A DNA stretch of 51,557 nt from a virus (lineage: Duplodnaviria > Caudoviricetes). The notes under the pieces are model-generated. The model was not told the origin of the DNA. It was given only the letters and a program-made list of their open reading frames with translations, and searched no databases. Within the stretch, counting starts at the first letter, position 1, and the number at the start of each line of letters is the position of its first letter. Of the stretch, positions 25,931 to 34,907 are shown piece by piece. The stretch lies in IMG/VR virus record IMGVR_UViG_3300032225_001565, positions 1 to 51,557 of that record. One strand, written 5' to 3'. Made by a program: the position numbers and the translations under genes.

Positions 25931-26677
25931 CTAGAGTTCAGTCAACTCGAGCGTCCCGTCCGTCCCGCCGGCCCGAATGACCGCGATGTTCGCGCTCTCC
26001 GGCACGGAAAACACCAGGCGCTCGCCGGCAGCGATGAAGTGGCTCGTGGCGCTGGCCGTCCGTGACGAGCCGCCGACCGCGTAGCGGATATCCGCCCCGA
26101 CCGCGCGGACACTCACCCTGCGGACTGACGACGTGAGCGCTGTGTTTTGACTGGTTGCCCCAGCGGACAACTGGCGGGCCGTTCCTGGCGTCCCGAATGG
26201 ATCGACCGGCACGCGGCCTGCCGCCATTGCTGGTACTTTGACGTTGATGCCGGAAAGCGTTGCCTCGGTGGCAAAGCCGCTGATCTTGCCGTCGATGCTG
26301 GCGAGCGTTGTCTCGGTAGCGAATCTGCCGATCTTGCCGTCGATGCTGGCGAGCGTTGTCTCGGTAGCGAAGCTGCCGATCTTGCCATTGATGCTTGAAA
26401 GCGTTGTCTCAGTGGCGAGTGCGCCGATCTTGCTACCGATGCTGGCGAGCTTTCCGTCGATGGTTGTCGCCTGCAATAACACACTCTGAAGCGTGTCTTC
26501 TTTGGCGAGTTCATCAATGTCATCGACGGCAACTGGCAGCGGCGAGTCCCTGGACACGTCTTCCTTTGACCCATCTTCACCAAAGACAAGTTTAGACCTC
26601 GGGTAGTGAACGCCACCGATGTAATCGGTAGCCATCGTCGTGCCGTAGCCTTGCGTTACCTGAATGTTGTCGGCCAT
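25931..26677 (-). CDS. Fibre-like structural protein with 16-aa repeats
   Basis: ATETTL.SI.GKIG.F four times, then a beta-rich C-terminal domain. Confidence 0.75.
   Translation of the reverse strand: MADNIQVTQGYGTTMATDYIGGVHYPRSKLVFGEDGSKEDVSRDSPLPVAVDDIDELAKEDTLQSVLLQATTIDGKLASIGSKIGALATETTLSSINGKIGSFATETTLASIDGKIGRFATETTLASIDGKISGFATEATLSGINVKVPAMAAGRVPVDPFGTPGTARQLSAGATSQNTALTSSVRRVSVRAVGADIRYAVGGSSRTASATSHFIAAGERLVFSVPESANIAVIRAGGTDGTLELTEL
26250..26440 (-). repeat. 48-bp coding tandem repeat, about 4 copies
   Basis: GATCTTGCCGTCGATGCTGGCGAGCGTTGTCTCGGTAGCGAA repeated at 48-bp spacing. Confidence 0.9.
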
Positions 26678-26934
26678 TAGTTTGCTTCCGCTTCCTTGAA
26701 CTGCTCTTTAAGCTCTGGCTTCAGTGCGTAGAGGAGCCGCGTCTGCTCTCGGACGGCCTCGCTGATCTCTTTCTGACTCTCGCCGATCGTCTTGAGGAAC
26801 GCAGAATGCTGCTCGACCAACGGCTGCAAAACGTCAGCGCGAATCACATACATACAGGCCAGGGCAACCAGGGTCGGAAAACCCCAGCGCTCGATCACCG
26901 TCTTGACCGTCTCGCTCATCTCGGCCCCACTCAT
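26677..26934 (-). CDS. Holin-like single-TM protein
   Basis: I...GFP..VAL TM followed by coiled coil, BhlA/YvrJ-like layout. Confidence 0.55.
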   Translation of the reverse strand: MSGAEMSETVKTVIERWGFPTLVALACMYVIRADVLQPLVEQHSAFLKTIGESQKEISEAVREQTRLLYALKPELKEQFKEAEAN

Positions 26935-26941
26935 CGGAGCC

Positions 26942-27301
26942 TCACGACTTGAGCATGACGACGGCGGTCGCCGCGGTGGAGTTCGTGCTCCCAGCGACGA
27001 TCCTGATGGCCCCCACGCCGTAGGCGGCATCCGGCAAGCTGTACACTTGCGGCGTGACAGTGGACGGAGCGAGGGTGATGTCAGCCGCCGAGCCGTCTGC
27101 GGCGTAAACGCGGCCCCAGTTGCCGTCGGTGGTTGCCGACGCCCAGATTTGAAGCGTCTGTGACGATGCGGTGCTGCCAGTGCCGATGTAGACGGCCCCT
27201 CCGGCAACGTCGTCCCAGCGGATCGTGGTGGCCGACGCCGTCGCCGTGGTCAGCGTGATCGGCAGGCTCTTGAATTTCCGGCGAATCTTGTCTTCGGCCA
27301 T
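26942..27301 (-). CDS. Hypothetical beta-rich structural protein
   Basis: T/A/S-rich; GGGAGG RBS inside hairpin GCAC-AGGGAG-GTGC. Confidence 0.75.
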   Translation of the reverse strand: MAEDKIRRKFKSLPITLTTATASATTIRWDDVAGGAVYIGTGSTASSQTLQIWASATTDGNWGRVYAADGSAADITLAPSTVTPQVYSLPDAAYGVGAIRIVAGSTNSTAATAVVMLKS

Positions 27302-27348
27302 TTGCACCTCCCTGTGCGTTGCGGGCCTCTAGGGCCACTCGTGGCGGG

Positions 27349-27918
27349 CTACGGGGTCGATACCTCCATTGTACCTTCCAGTAGGCTACGGCAGGCGGCA
27401 TCCACGGCGGCCTCGAGGTCGGCCAGGGTGCCGACGTTCCTGACAACTTGATGAATCAAGTGGTCAGGAATCCCTGCCTCACTCTGGTGCCAGCCGGCGT
27501 CTCCGCCGAGGCCCGCCCCCGGCCTCTCGACCCGCCAGACCTGGCCGCCGGCGGCTATGATGGCCTCGGCCTCGTTTGCGAACCGCACGTCGGTGATCGC
27601 GACATTCCAACCCGCGCGCTGGTGCTCCTCGACTCGCCGAAGAGCAAGCTGCACCCAGATATCGTCCCGCACCATCTGCCGCCCCCACTCGGTTCCGAGG
27701 GTTTGGAGCAACTCCCGCGGCGATTTCCCCAGCCACGGGATCGGCTGCTCCTTGGCCTGGCGATCTTTCAGTTGGGCCGGCGTCATGCCGGTGATCTCGC
27801 TGATCGCCTTATAGATCGGCCCGGCGAACGAGATCGCCGCGAACCTCCACCGACGGGAGAGAATCGCCGACACCTCGTCCTTGCCGCTGCCGGCCAACCC
27901 GCAGAGTCCGATGATCAT
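27349..27918 (-). CDS. Deoxynucleoside monophosphate kinase
   Basis: IIGLCGLAGSGKD, SFA.P, PRELLQTLGTEWGR, ITDVRF.NE, H.SE. Confidence 0.93.
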   Translation of the reverse strand: MIIGLCGLAGSGKDEVSAILSRRWRFAAISFAGPIYKAISEITGMTPAQLKDRQAKEQPIPWLGKSPRELLQTLGTEWGRQMVRDDIWVQLALRRVEEHQRAGWNVAITDVRFANEAEAIIAAGGQVWRVERPGAGLGGDAGWHQSEAGIPDHLIHQVVRNVGTLADLEAAVDAACRSLLEGTMEVSTP

Positions 27919-29084
27919 TTTGGCTCCGAAACGTGAAGTGCCACCAGGCCGCCATCCGGCCGGTAGAGAAATGTTTCCATCGCCTGGCGGCTTCCAATGA
28001 AGCCGTGCTCGCTATGCCAGTCATCCGGCTCGGAGAGGCTGGGGCAGGTTCTGAGGATCACCCCCGATAGCGTCTCGATTGATCGCTGCCATTCGGCGGC
28101 CTGCGAGTGGAAGTGGCCCGTATGCCATTCTCGGCAGAGGCTACCGCTCCACTCGCTAGGCCGCTCTAGCGCCATGATCTGCGGCAGATTCTTCTTCGCC
28201 TTATTGCCGTGGCAGAACCCCAGGAGGTTCTTGCCGTGGCTCGCGTACTGCCGGCCGGTGTAGTCCATGCGGACTTCGACGCGGCGGTCTTTGCGGAACC
28301 GCTCGGCGACGATCCGCTGAAACGCCCAGGTCAACGTCTCGTCATGGTTGCCGTTCACGACGATCACGTCGGTCTGGCAGGTGGACGCCGACCGCTCGAT
28401 CACGGCGATCAGCGACTCGCAGCCTACCTCGATCATCTTCTGGAGCCGGCCATCGCGCTCGAGCGGCGTGCCGGAGGTTGTCGTCCCCCCCGGCGTGTCG
28501 TAGTGGAAGATGTCGCCCAGGAACGCGATCGTGCGGCGGGCGGGCTTGTAGGAGTCGCCGATGTCGAGTAGTTCGCCGGCCGCGGCACCGACGCGCCGCT
28601 CCGCGATGTCGAGGTCATAGTCGCCGCCGCCGGTCGTGCGCCTCCATGCGTACTTGCCATAATGGGGGTCGCCGATTGGCAGCACCTGCCAGATGCCTTC
28701 CCGCCTGGGCGGCTTCTTGACCGCCGGCACTCGCAGCTTCTTGGCCGCCGCCGCGATCATCGCCTTGACGCACTCCTGCACACTGGGGCCGGCTTTTGGC
28801 CGGAGCCGCACGAACACGCGGTGGAGTTCGGTGACGGTCGTGCCGCCCTCGCCGTCGGAGGTGCCGACCTCCCACTTCGTGGCCTCGGACGCCGCGACCT
28901 CGTAGCGGGTCATATCGGCCTCGATGTGCCGCAGGAGGTCTTCGACGGTTTTGATGCGGCGGCTCGTGCTCTTCGCCTCGAGCACGTCGCCGTCCTGCCG
29001 CTGCGTGACCTGCTCCGACGAGGCCGTCGGCGACGGCTCCGGCAGGGCAGACGCCACGGCAGCCTTCAGACCTTGCCGAGCCAT
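27915..29084 (-). CDS. Calcineurin-like metallophosphoesterase
   Basis: GDPH.G, GD..H.D, GNHD, HG, GHFH. Confidence 0.88.
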   Translation of the reverse strand: MARQGLKAAVASALPEPSPTASSEQVTQRQDGDVLEAKSTSRRIKTVEDLLRHIEADMTRYEVAASEATKWEVGTSDGEGGTTVTELHRVFVRLRPKAGPSVQECVKAMIAAAAKKLRVPAVKKPPRREGIWQVLPIGDPHYGKYAWRRTTGGGDYDLDIAERRVGAAAGELLDIGDSYKPARRTIAFLGDIFHYDTPGGTTTSGTPLERDGRLQKMIEVGCESLIAVIERSASTCQTDVIVVNGNHDETLTWAFQRIVAERFRKDRRVEVRMDYTGRQYASHGKNLLGFCHGNKAKKNLPQIMALERPSEWSGSLCREWHTGHFHSQAAEWQRSIETLSGVILRTCPSLSEPDDWHSEHGFIGSRQAMETFLYRPDGGLVALHVSEPK

Positions 29085-29287
29085 GCACGCACTCCTGCGA
29101 CACCGCAGATCGGGATGCCACTCGCGCGGCAGTTGTCCACCAGGCTGATCGCGAGCGAGAGGCAGGAGGCTTGCAGTTCGCCTGCCAGCCACGCCCTCTT
29201 GATATCTTCGATCTCGTCTCGCTGCGTGGCAGTGAGGCGGTCTAACCAGTTCGGCGGCTTTCGTTTCAGCGAGACGCTGGCCGCCAC
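29066..29287 (-). CDS. Hypothetical protein
   Basis: Protein-like C-terminal part of ORF 29066..29422; start uncertain. Confidence 0.55.
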   Translation of the reverse strand: MAASVSLKRKPPNWLDRLTATQRDEIEDIKRAWLAGELQASCLSLAISLVDNCRASGIPICGVAGVRAWLGKV

Positions 29288-29291
29288 GGCG

Positions 29292-29588
29292 TCACGAAGG
29301 CTCGACGAGCCTGTAGCCGAGGGCGTGGAGGACGCGGGCGAGGTCGCGGCCAACCTCGGTGATGGTTTCTTCTGACATTTGGGGGAAGGCACAGTGAAGT
29401 CCCTCGTGCAGTTCGGTTTCAAGGCGGGAACGGCCTTTCAGCCTTGAGTCGATTAGGACGCGAGGCTTCATGCCGGGGTTCTTTGAGTCGGGCAGATACG
29501 CCCACCCCGCCGCCTGTCCGCGCAGGCGGGTATACCGCCAATGCCAGACTGTTCCGGCGATCGTGAAGTGGTGGTCATCAACTGCCAT
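29292..29588 (-). CDS. Small HExxH zincin-like protein
   Basis: LID..L......T.LHEGLH....SEE. Confidence 0.75.
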   Translation of the reverse strand: MAVDDHHFTIAGTVWHWRYTRLRGQAAGWAYLPDSKNPGMKPRVLIDSRLKGRSRLETELHEGLHCAFPQMSEETITEVGRDLARVLHALGYRLVEPS

Positions 29589-29621
29589 AGCAATACTCTA
29601 TACAAGTAGCCTAGCAGATCG

Positions 29622-29978
29622 CTAGGCCGCTTTTTTTCTTGCTCGGGCGATGGCCTTGCGGATCAGCACCCTGGCGACCACCTCGACGAACGGAAGGCCG
29701 CGGCTGGCGGCCTCAGACTTGAGCCACCCGACAATCTCGTCCATCCGGCTTTCGCAGACCTCGCACCCCCACTCATCCATCAAGTCGGCGTGCCGCTTGC
29801 ACTGGCAGCCTGGTTCAACGTGCAGGTACAGAGGCCAGCCAGACAGGATTGCGGACAACTCTGTCCCAGGCCCGCCACGACGGCACTCAGCGTGGATCAG
29901 CCGGCTCTTGGTTCGCACCGACCGGTCGCAGAAGACGCACGTCGCCACGTCGCCGGAAAAGCGAAACTGGCATCTCAT
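29622..29978 (-). CDS. Cys-rich hypothetical protein following the tail fibre
   Basis: CVFC, GPGTEL, C.C, MD.WG...C; ATGA overlap. Confidence 0.75.
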   Translation of the reverse strand: MRCQFRFSGDVATCVFCDRSVRTKSRLIHAECRRGGPGTELSAILSGWPLYLHVEPGCQCKRHADLMDEWGCEVCESRMDEIVGWLKSEAASRGLPFVEVVARVLIRKAIARARKKAA

Positions 29979-32900
29979 TGGAACTCAAACGTAAGTTCTG
30001 GGAAGCTGCAAACGCGAGTGCGTGTGAAGTCGTCGCTGTATGTGCCGCTGCCAGACTTCCAGCACCCCTGCCCAAGCTGGATGCGTTCGGTGTACGTCGT
30101 GCCGGTGTTGATAGGCTCGCGATCGGCGTCTGGGTATTCGTCTTGGTTTGCGGCGTATAGCCGCCTCGACCAACTGCTTTCGACAGACCCCTTACAGAAC
30201 GCCTCCGGCAGCGGTTCTTCCGTTTCTGTGATCGTGATGGCATAGTACCTGCCGCCGTTCAGCACAGAAATGCTTTGAATGGAAGTCGGCTGCTTGTAGT
30301 AGGAGCCAGGCGACGACACCGTCGCCGAAGTGATCGCGCCGGTGACGGCATCGGAGTCGATGTACGCATAGGCGGCAGACTGCTCAACATCGTTCTCGCC
30401 GAGCGAGAATGTGACGCCTGAAAACGGCGTGTAACCAGTGCCTGCGCTCGCGACAGACACCGAGCTAACCTGCCACGCCTGCCCTGCCTTCGTGTACGAG
30501 ACGGACAGTTGGCCGCCGATGCCGCCGCTCACGCTCGCCACCAGCGTGGGCGTCTCCCTGCTTGGAATTATGATTTTGGCGACGGCACCTTCTGCAACCG
30601 TGTCAGTTGTCAAGAATGTCACCTCTTGGTCGGCCTTGTATCCGGTGCCATTTTTGGATAACGACACACCAGAGACTTGCCAGACGGCTTTGTTATTTTG
30701 GTCTACTGACTCGGCGATGGTCACGTTAAGGATTGCATCTCCCCCGACAGTTGCCGTCAACGTAGGCTCAGTGCGCTCCTCTGTCCTCGTGTATGTGCTC
30801 TTCCCGGTCGCGATGCGTGGAACAAGATCAACCTCATCGCTGTCAAGCGTTACCGATAGCAGCGTGGCCGGGCCACGCACCAAACCGCCAGAGGCCACGC
30901 TCACGTCAGTCACTCGTCCATCGGAGATTGTATACGTCACGCTCGGAAGCGTGTATCCGAATGCTCCGGCAAGCGGCCAGCCGGCATGGCCGCCCCTGAG
31001 AATGATGCCGAGTGTGTATGTTCCGTTCGGCGCCGTTGTCTCGCCCTGGTCTATGACGGAGGCGCTGTCCATGACGTAGTCGCCTTCCCGCCATGACGGA
31101 GAGAAACCAAATGCAAACTCCGGCGACTTTGAGAAAGCGACTGTTTCTGTGCCGAAAACGTCTGGCGGCGAGTAGGCTGCGGTGAAGAGCACTCGGACGC
31201 GGTCGTTCCAGTAGTACGCATTACCGCTTCGTCTCCTCAGATAAGCGACTGTCTGATCTGGAGCGATGAACAGATTTGCGCCTGGGTGTTGCATGACAAG
31301 GCCGGAAACTTGCCAGAAGTTGTCTCCCTTGATGTCCTCTCGCCTTGCGAATGCAGGCTGCACCGCAGGAAGTGACACGCCCCCCAGCGTTAGCCCAAGC
31401 GTAGGCATCGAGAATCCGATCGCCCTTGGCCCACTTGGCTCAAGCCTGTTGCCGTCCGTTTCGTAGAGTTCAGCAAGTGCGTTTTCTGGCGGCACTCTTG
31501 TGAATAGGCGCTTCAGCCAAATCGCTTCTTCTGTTTGCGTGTCTTGGAAAAGTATCTGCCTTTCATCATCCCAATACCCACCGTTTCCTGACCACTGATG
31601 GCGGTAGTAGACATATGCCGCCTCCTTATCAAACAACAAATCTAAGTCGCCAGGATCACCAGACGCAGTTCTCGCAGACGGGGAGCCGCCGACGGCGGCC
31701 GTGGAAGCCAGGACTCCGTAAGACAAGCTCTCGCCGAACCGCACGGTCGTGGGAGGCTCGGCGCCGACGAACACGGGGACGGAACCGCATCCGACGCATG
31801 GAACCGGAGGGTACGACCCGCCAGCGACAGATGTTGAGGTGCAGATTGAGCCAGCCGCCGCACCTTGGCAGTTCTTCATATCGATGACACTGGTCTGCGA
31901 CGGCATCCACGTCAGGTCGGCTTCGCCGGCCGCGCCAGTTCCGCCGCCTCCAGATAGAACAACCGCTGGCTTCGCCGTATACCCAGCGCCGCCGCCGCCC
32001 GCGAGGCTCACGCCACCGGAAAACGAGAGCGACGCCTGCGCGCTACCGGATGCAAACTTCAAGGTCGGCCAGCCAATCCGCCACGACCCGTCGCTGCTTT
32101 TGGTGACGTTTTTGTACGAGCCGGCATCGGACAACTGGACGGACACGACCGAGCCGCTGATCGTGGCCGTGGCCGTGGCGGCCGTCACTTCGCCGCCACC
32201 GCTGAAAGAAACCTCCGGATTTTCTTGGTAGCCCTGCCCGCCAGCCGTCAGGGCCAGCGACACGACTGAAAACAATGCGCTGGCCGTGGCTTTCGCCCCA
32301 GTGCCGCCGCCACCCTGAAACTGCACCTGCGGCACGGTGCTGTACCCGCTGCCACCGCTTATCATGTAGACCGCGTACACCGACCCCTTGAACAGATAGG
32401 CAACAGCCGTGGCGTTGCCATCGATCACGACCGACGGAGGCGACGTGTACCCGCTGCCTCCGTCAGTGAGCGTGATAGACGATACAAATCCGTTGCCGAT
32501 CGTGGCCTGCACCTGCGCACCAGTGCCTCCCGTGATCGACACCGACGGTGTGCTTGCGTACTGTCCTGGGTTGGAGATAGTTATGGACGCGACCGTTCCC
32601 TCGATCACGGCCGTCGCCTTGGCGGCACGAATGACGCCTTCGGCCGGGCCAGGGAATGACACCAGCGGTGCGGTGCTGTATCCACCGCCGCCGCTAGTGA
32701 CAGTTATTTCGCGGATCGGCGACGTGACTGTCGCAGTCGCGACGGCTGCTATGGTGACCTCGTCGCCGCCGCCAGACAGTGTGATCGACGGGGCGGCGGT
32801 GTACCCTCCACCAGCACTCGTGGATCGCACGCGGGCGACCGACACACTAGCGGCCGGCGGCCTGCATTTGGTGCTCACGTCGCCTTGCTGGCCGGCGTTG

Positions 32901-33019
32901 TTCGGCCCAGCCCCCAGCGTAACGCCCGACTCAAGGCCGTATGAAGCGGTGATGAGCAACTGACGCGGCTTGTCTGTGCAGTCCGAGCAGCAGCAGGGGT
33001 TGCATGGCGAAAGCGACAT
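29975..33019 (-). CDS. Large tail fibre/tip protein with Gly-rich beta repeats
   Basis: 1014 aa after the tail genes; repeated I.vT.gG.GY...P.V.f.GGgG.gA.A.A; N-terminal PCNPCCCSDC. Confidence 0.75.
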   Translation of the reverse strand: MSLSPCNPCCCSDCTDKPRQLLITASYGLESGVTLGAGPNNAGQQGDVSTKCRPPAASVSVARVRSTSAGGGYTAAPSITLSGGGDEVTIAAVATATVTSPIREITVTSGGGGYSTAPLVSFPGPAEGVIRAAKATAVIEGTVASITISNPGQYASTPSVSITGGTGAQVQATIGNGFVSSITLTDGGSGYTSPPSVVIDGNATAVAYLFKGSVYAVYMISGGSGYSTVPQVQFQGGGGTGAKATASALFSVVSLALTAGGQGYQENPEVSFSGGGEVTAATATATISGSVVSVQLSDAGSYKNVTKSSDGSWRIGWPTLKFASGSAQASLSFSGGVSLAGGGGAGYTAKPAVVLSGGGGTGAAGEADLTWMPSQTSVIDMKNCQGAAAGSICTSTSVAGGSYPPVPCVGCGSVPVFVGAEPPTTVRFGESLSYGVLASTAAVGGSPSARTASGDPGDLDLLFDKEAAYVYYRHQWSGNGGYWDDERQILFQDTQTEEAIWLKRLFTRVPPENALAELYETDGNRLEPSGPRAIGFSMPTLGLTLGGVSLPAVQPAFARREDIKGDNFWQVSGLVMQHPGANLFIAPDQTVAYLRRRSGNAYYWNDRVRVLFTAAYSPPDVFGTETVAFSKSPEFAFGFSPSWREGDYVMDSASVIDQGETTAPNGTYTLGIILRGGHAGWPLAGAFGYTLPSVTYTISDGRVTDVSVASGGLVRGPATLLSVTLDSDEVDLVPRIATGKSTYTRTEERTEPTLTATVGGDAILNVTIAESVDQNNKAVWQVSGVSLSKNGTGYKADQEVTFLTTDTVAEGAVAKIIIPSRETPTLVASVSGGIGGQLSVSYTKAGQAWQVSSVSVASAGTGYTPFSGVTFSLGENDVEQSAAYAYIDSDAVTGAITSATVSSPGSYYKQPTSIQSISVLNGGRYYAITITETEEPLPEAFCKGSVESSWSRRLYAANQDEYPDADREPINTGTTYTERIQLGQGCWKSGSGTYSDDFTRTRVCSFPELTFEFQ

Positions 33020-33020
33020 T

Positions 33021-33389
33021 TCACCCGCACTCGGCTGAAACCAGATACCAGCGGCCAGAAATCTTGCCGATGATCACGAAGCTGCCGGCTGGGACGGAAA
33101 CCATCTTGTTCACGCAACCCTCTATTACCCTGGCCGGCGACGACGGCTCCTCGGTGAGTGCATCGCCATCGCCGTAGACCGACACGTCGGCAAGCGTATC
33201 TTTCAGCCAAGCGCCGCCGGCCACTACGCCGAGGAGCAGGCCGCCTGACCCATGACGCTGCATATCCTGCAACCGCGTCTCGACCCGACTGACCTCTGAG
33301 CCGTAAGGCTGCGCCTCGACGCGCCCGACGACTCGGCGAATATCGCCGAGCAACTGCGGGCCGATGAAGTATTTCTGTGTGCGGGCCAT
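33021..33389 (-). CDS. Tail-region hypothetical protein
   Basis: Operon position; ends WYLVSAEC. Confidence 0.75.
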   Translation of the reverse strand: MARTQKYFIGPQLLGDIRRVVGRVEAQPYGSEVSRVETRLQDMQRHGSGGLLLGVVAGGAWLKDTLADVSVYGDGDALTEEPSSPARVIEGCVNKMVSVPAGSFVIIGKISGRWYLVSAECG

Positions 33390-33393
33390 TTAG

Positions 33394-34533
33394 TTAGCCG
33401 ATGCCGCGGATTCCCAGATTCTTAAAGTCATACTCGTCGTAGATGCTGTATCGTTTAATGATGACCGGAGGGTCAACTGCTTGGGGGCCAAAACTTCTCC
33501 TGGGTGTACCATTCATGTTTAGCGGGATGGGCTGGGCGGATGGTGATTGGCTTGCGCCGCCATTTTCGTACTCAAAAACCTTGACCATCGCTCTCACCCT
33601 GTCTCCGGCATTTACTCCGTCAGGAAGCTGCGGCGGCTCAACGATCTTTCCGTCTCGGTGCTTGAGCGGCTGGCCGAATATATCTTTTGTGACGGCCGCG
33701 TTTGCCGGATTGAACGCGATCACATTAAATCCAGTCTGAGGAACCGCCACGTCCCAGCCAATGTCTGCGTCTACGACGATGCCTTTCTCGCCAGCACCTA
33801 CATTCTGGTCTTCAGTAATGCAGAGTCCCTTAACATGATTTCTTCGATACGCGAACTCATATGTCGCTATCCAACCTCGGTAAAGGCGGTCATTCCAAAA
33901 TTCAGCGACAGGCTCGCTTGAAATTCCTCGAAGCATTAGTGTGTGGCGCCGACAGGACAACGTCCCTATTTCAAAATCCACTTCATTTATCACACCAACA
34001 CGTTCTGCATTTGTTGTTGGGTCGCTTGACTCAAAGTGCTTGACAGAGATTGTTACCATCGGCTCGTACTTTGCTATTGGATCAAACCTATCACCGGCGG
34101 CGTTTCGAGGAACGACTGGGTTTCCATCAGGGTCTCCGCCCGGAAACATTGGCTGCCATGTGTAGACAGGAACCTCGATCAGCGAAGAACTGATCGACCA
34201 GTCTGCTGGACGCACGTCGGGCGGCTGCGATTTTGGGTCTTCGCCGGCGGAGCTTGGCGTGGACTGGTACTGGAACGTAACCAGATACACCATCCGGCTG
34301 TCGCCGTCGTATCGAAGATCGAACGACGTGCAGTAGGTGCCTAGGCTGACGGGGTGCTCGTCGCCGATACTGACACCGCACTCCTTCTGCGCGTTGACCG
34401 GCTGGCCCACGCCCTCCATCAATATCCGAAACACGCGGGTGGCCGTGTCGGCCAACTGCCCCTCGTTGCTGGAACGAGAGAACTGCGCGCCGGATGAAAT
34501 CTCAGATACTGCCTTGGCGGCCATCGCTATCAA
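33394..34533 (-). CDS. Tail tip/hub-like protein
   Basis: 379 aa downstream of the tape measure; IG..HP motif. Confidence 0.65.
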   Translation of the reverse strand: MIAMAAKAVSEISSGAQFSRSSNEGQLADTATRVFRILMEGVGQPVNAQKECGVSIGDEHPVSLGTYCTSFDLRYDGDSRMVYLVTFQYQSTPSSAGEDPKSQPPDVRPADWSISSSLIEVPVYTWQPMFPGGDPDGNPVVPRNAAGDRFDPIAKYEPMVTISVKHFESSDPTTNAERVGVINEVDFEIGTLSCRRHTLMLRGISSEPVAEFWNDRLYRGWIATYEFAYRRNHVKGLCITEDQNVGAGEKGIVVDADIGWDVAVPQTGFNVIAFNPANAAVTKDIFGQPLKHRDGKIVEPPQLPDGVNAGDRVRAMVKVFEYENGGASQSPSAQPIPLNMNGTPRRSFGPQAVDPPVIIKRYSIYDEYDFKNLGIRGIG

Positions 34534-34898
34534 CCCTCAGTGATGTCAACGCGGAGCCTGGCGCCGGTGGCGCCGATGGCCTGGTAGGTCGTCCCGCTCG
34601 AGAGTCGCATGATCGCCGGCTCGCCGGCACGAAGAGTTGCGAAGCCAACGAACGATCCGCCGGCCGCGATGCCGATCGCGGCGGTCTGGATCGTGCTGGT
34701 CGAAAGGTTCTGGAGGAACGCCAGGCCGACGCTCGACAGGTTCCCGGTCGAGATGCTGACGGCGTTGGTCGAGAGCGTCAGCGTCTGGGAGAGCATCCCA
34801 GTGTTCGTCATGTTCGCCGTGACGCCGTTGGCGTTGACGGTGTTTGAGAGGAAGCCCTTCGAGACGCGGTAGGTGATGCTGTAGTTGATGTCGGACAT
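34530..34898 (-). CDS. Small beta-rich virion protein
   Basis: AAGGA RBS; motif similarity to 42055..42507 and 42511..42999. Confidence 0.75.
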   Translation of the reverse strand: MSDINYSITYRVSKGFLSNTVNANGVTANMTNTGMLSQTLTLSTNAVSISTGNLSSVGLAFLQNLSTSTIQTAAIGIAAGGSFVGFATLRAGEPAIMRLSSGTTYQAIGATGARLRVDITEG

Positions 34899-34907
34899 GG
34901 GGGTTCC

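Noticed and set aside
24968-33019. Diversity-generating retroelement acting on the fibre or lectin genes
   Set aside because: No reverse transcriptase and no TR/VR pair differing at adenines was seen.
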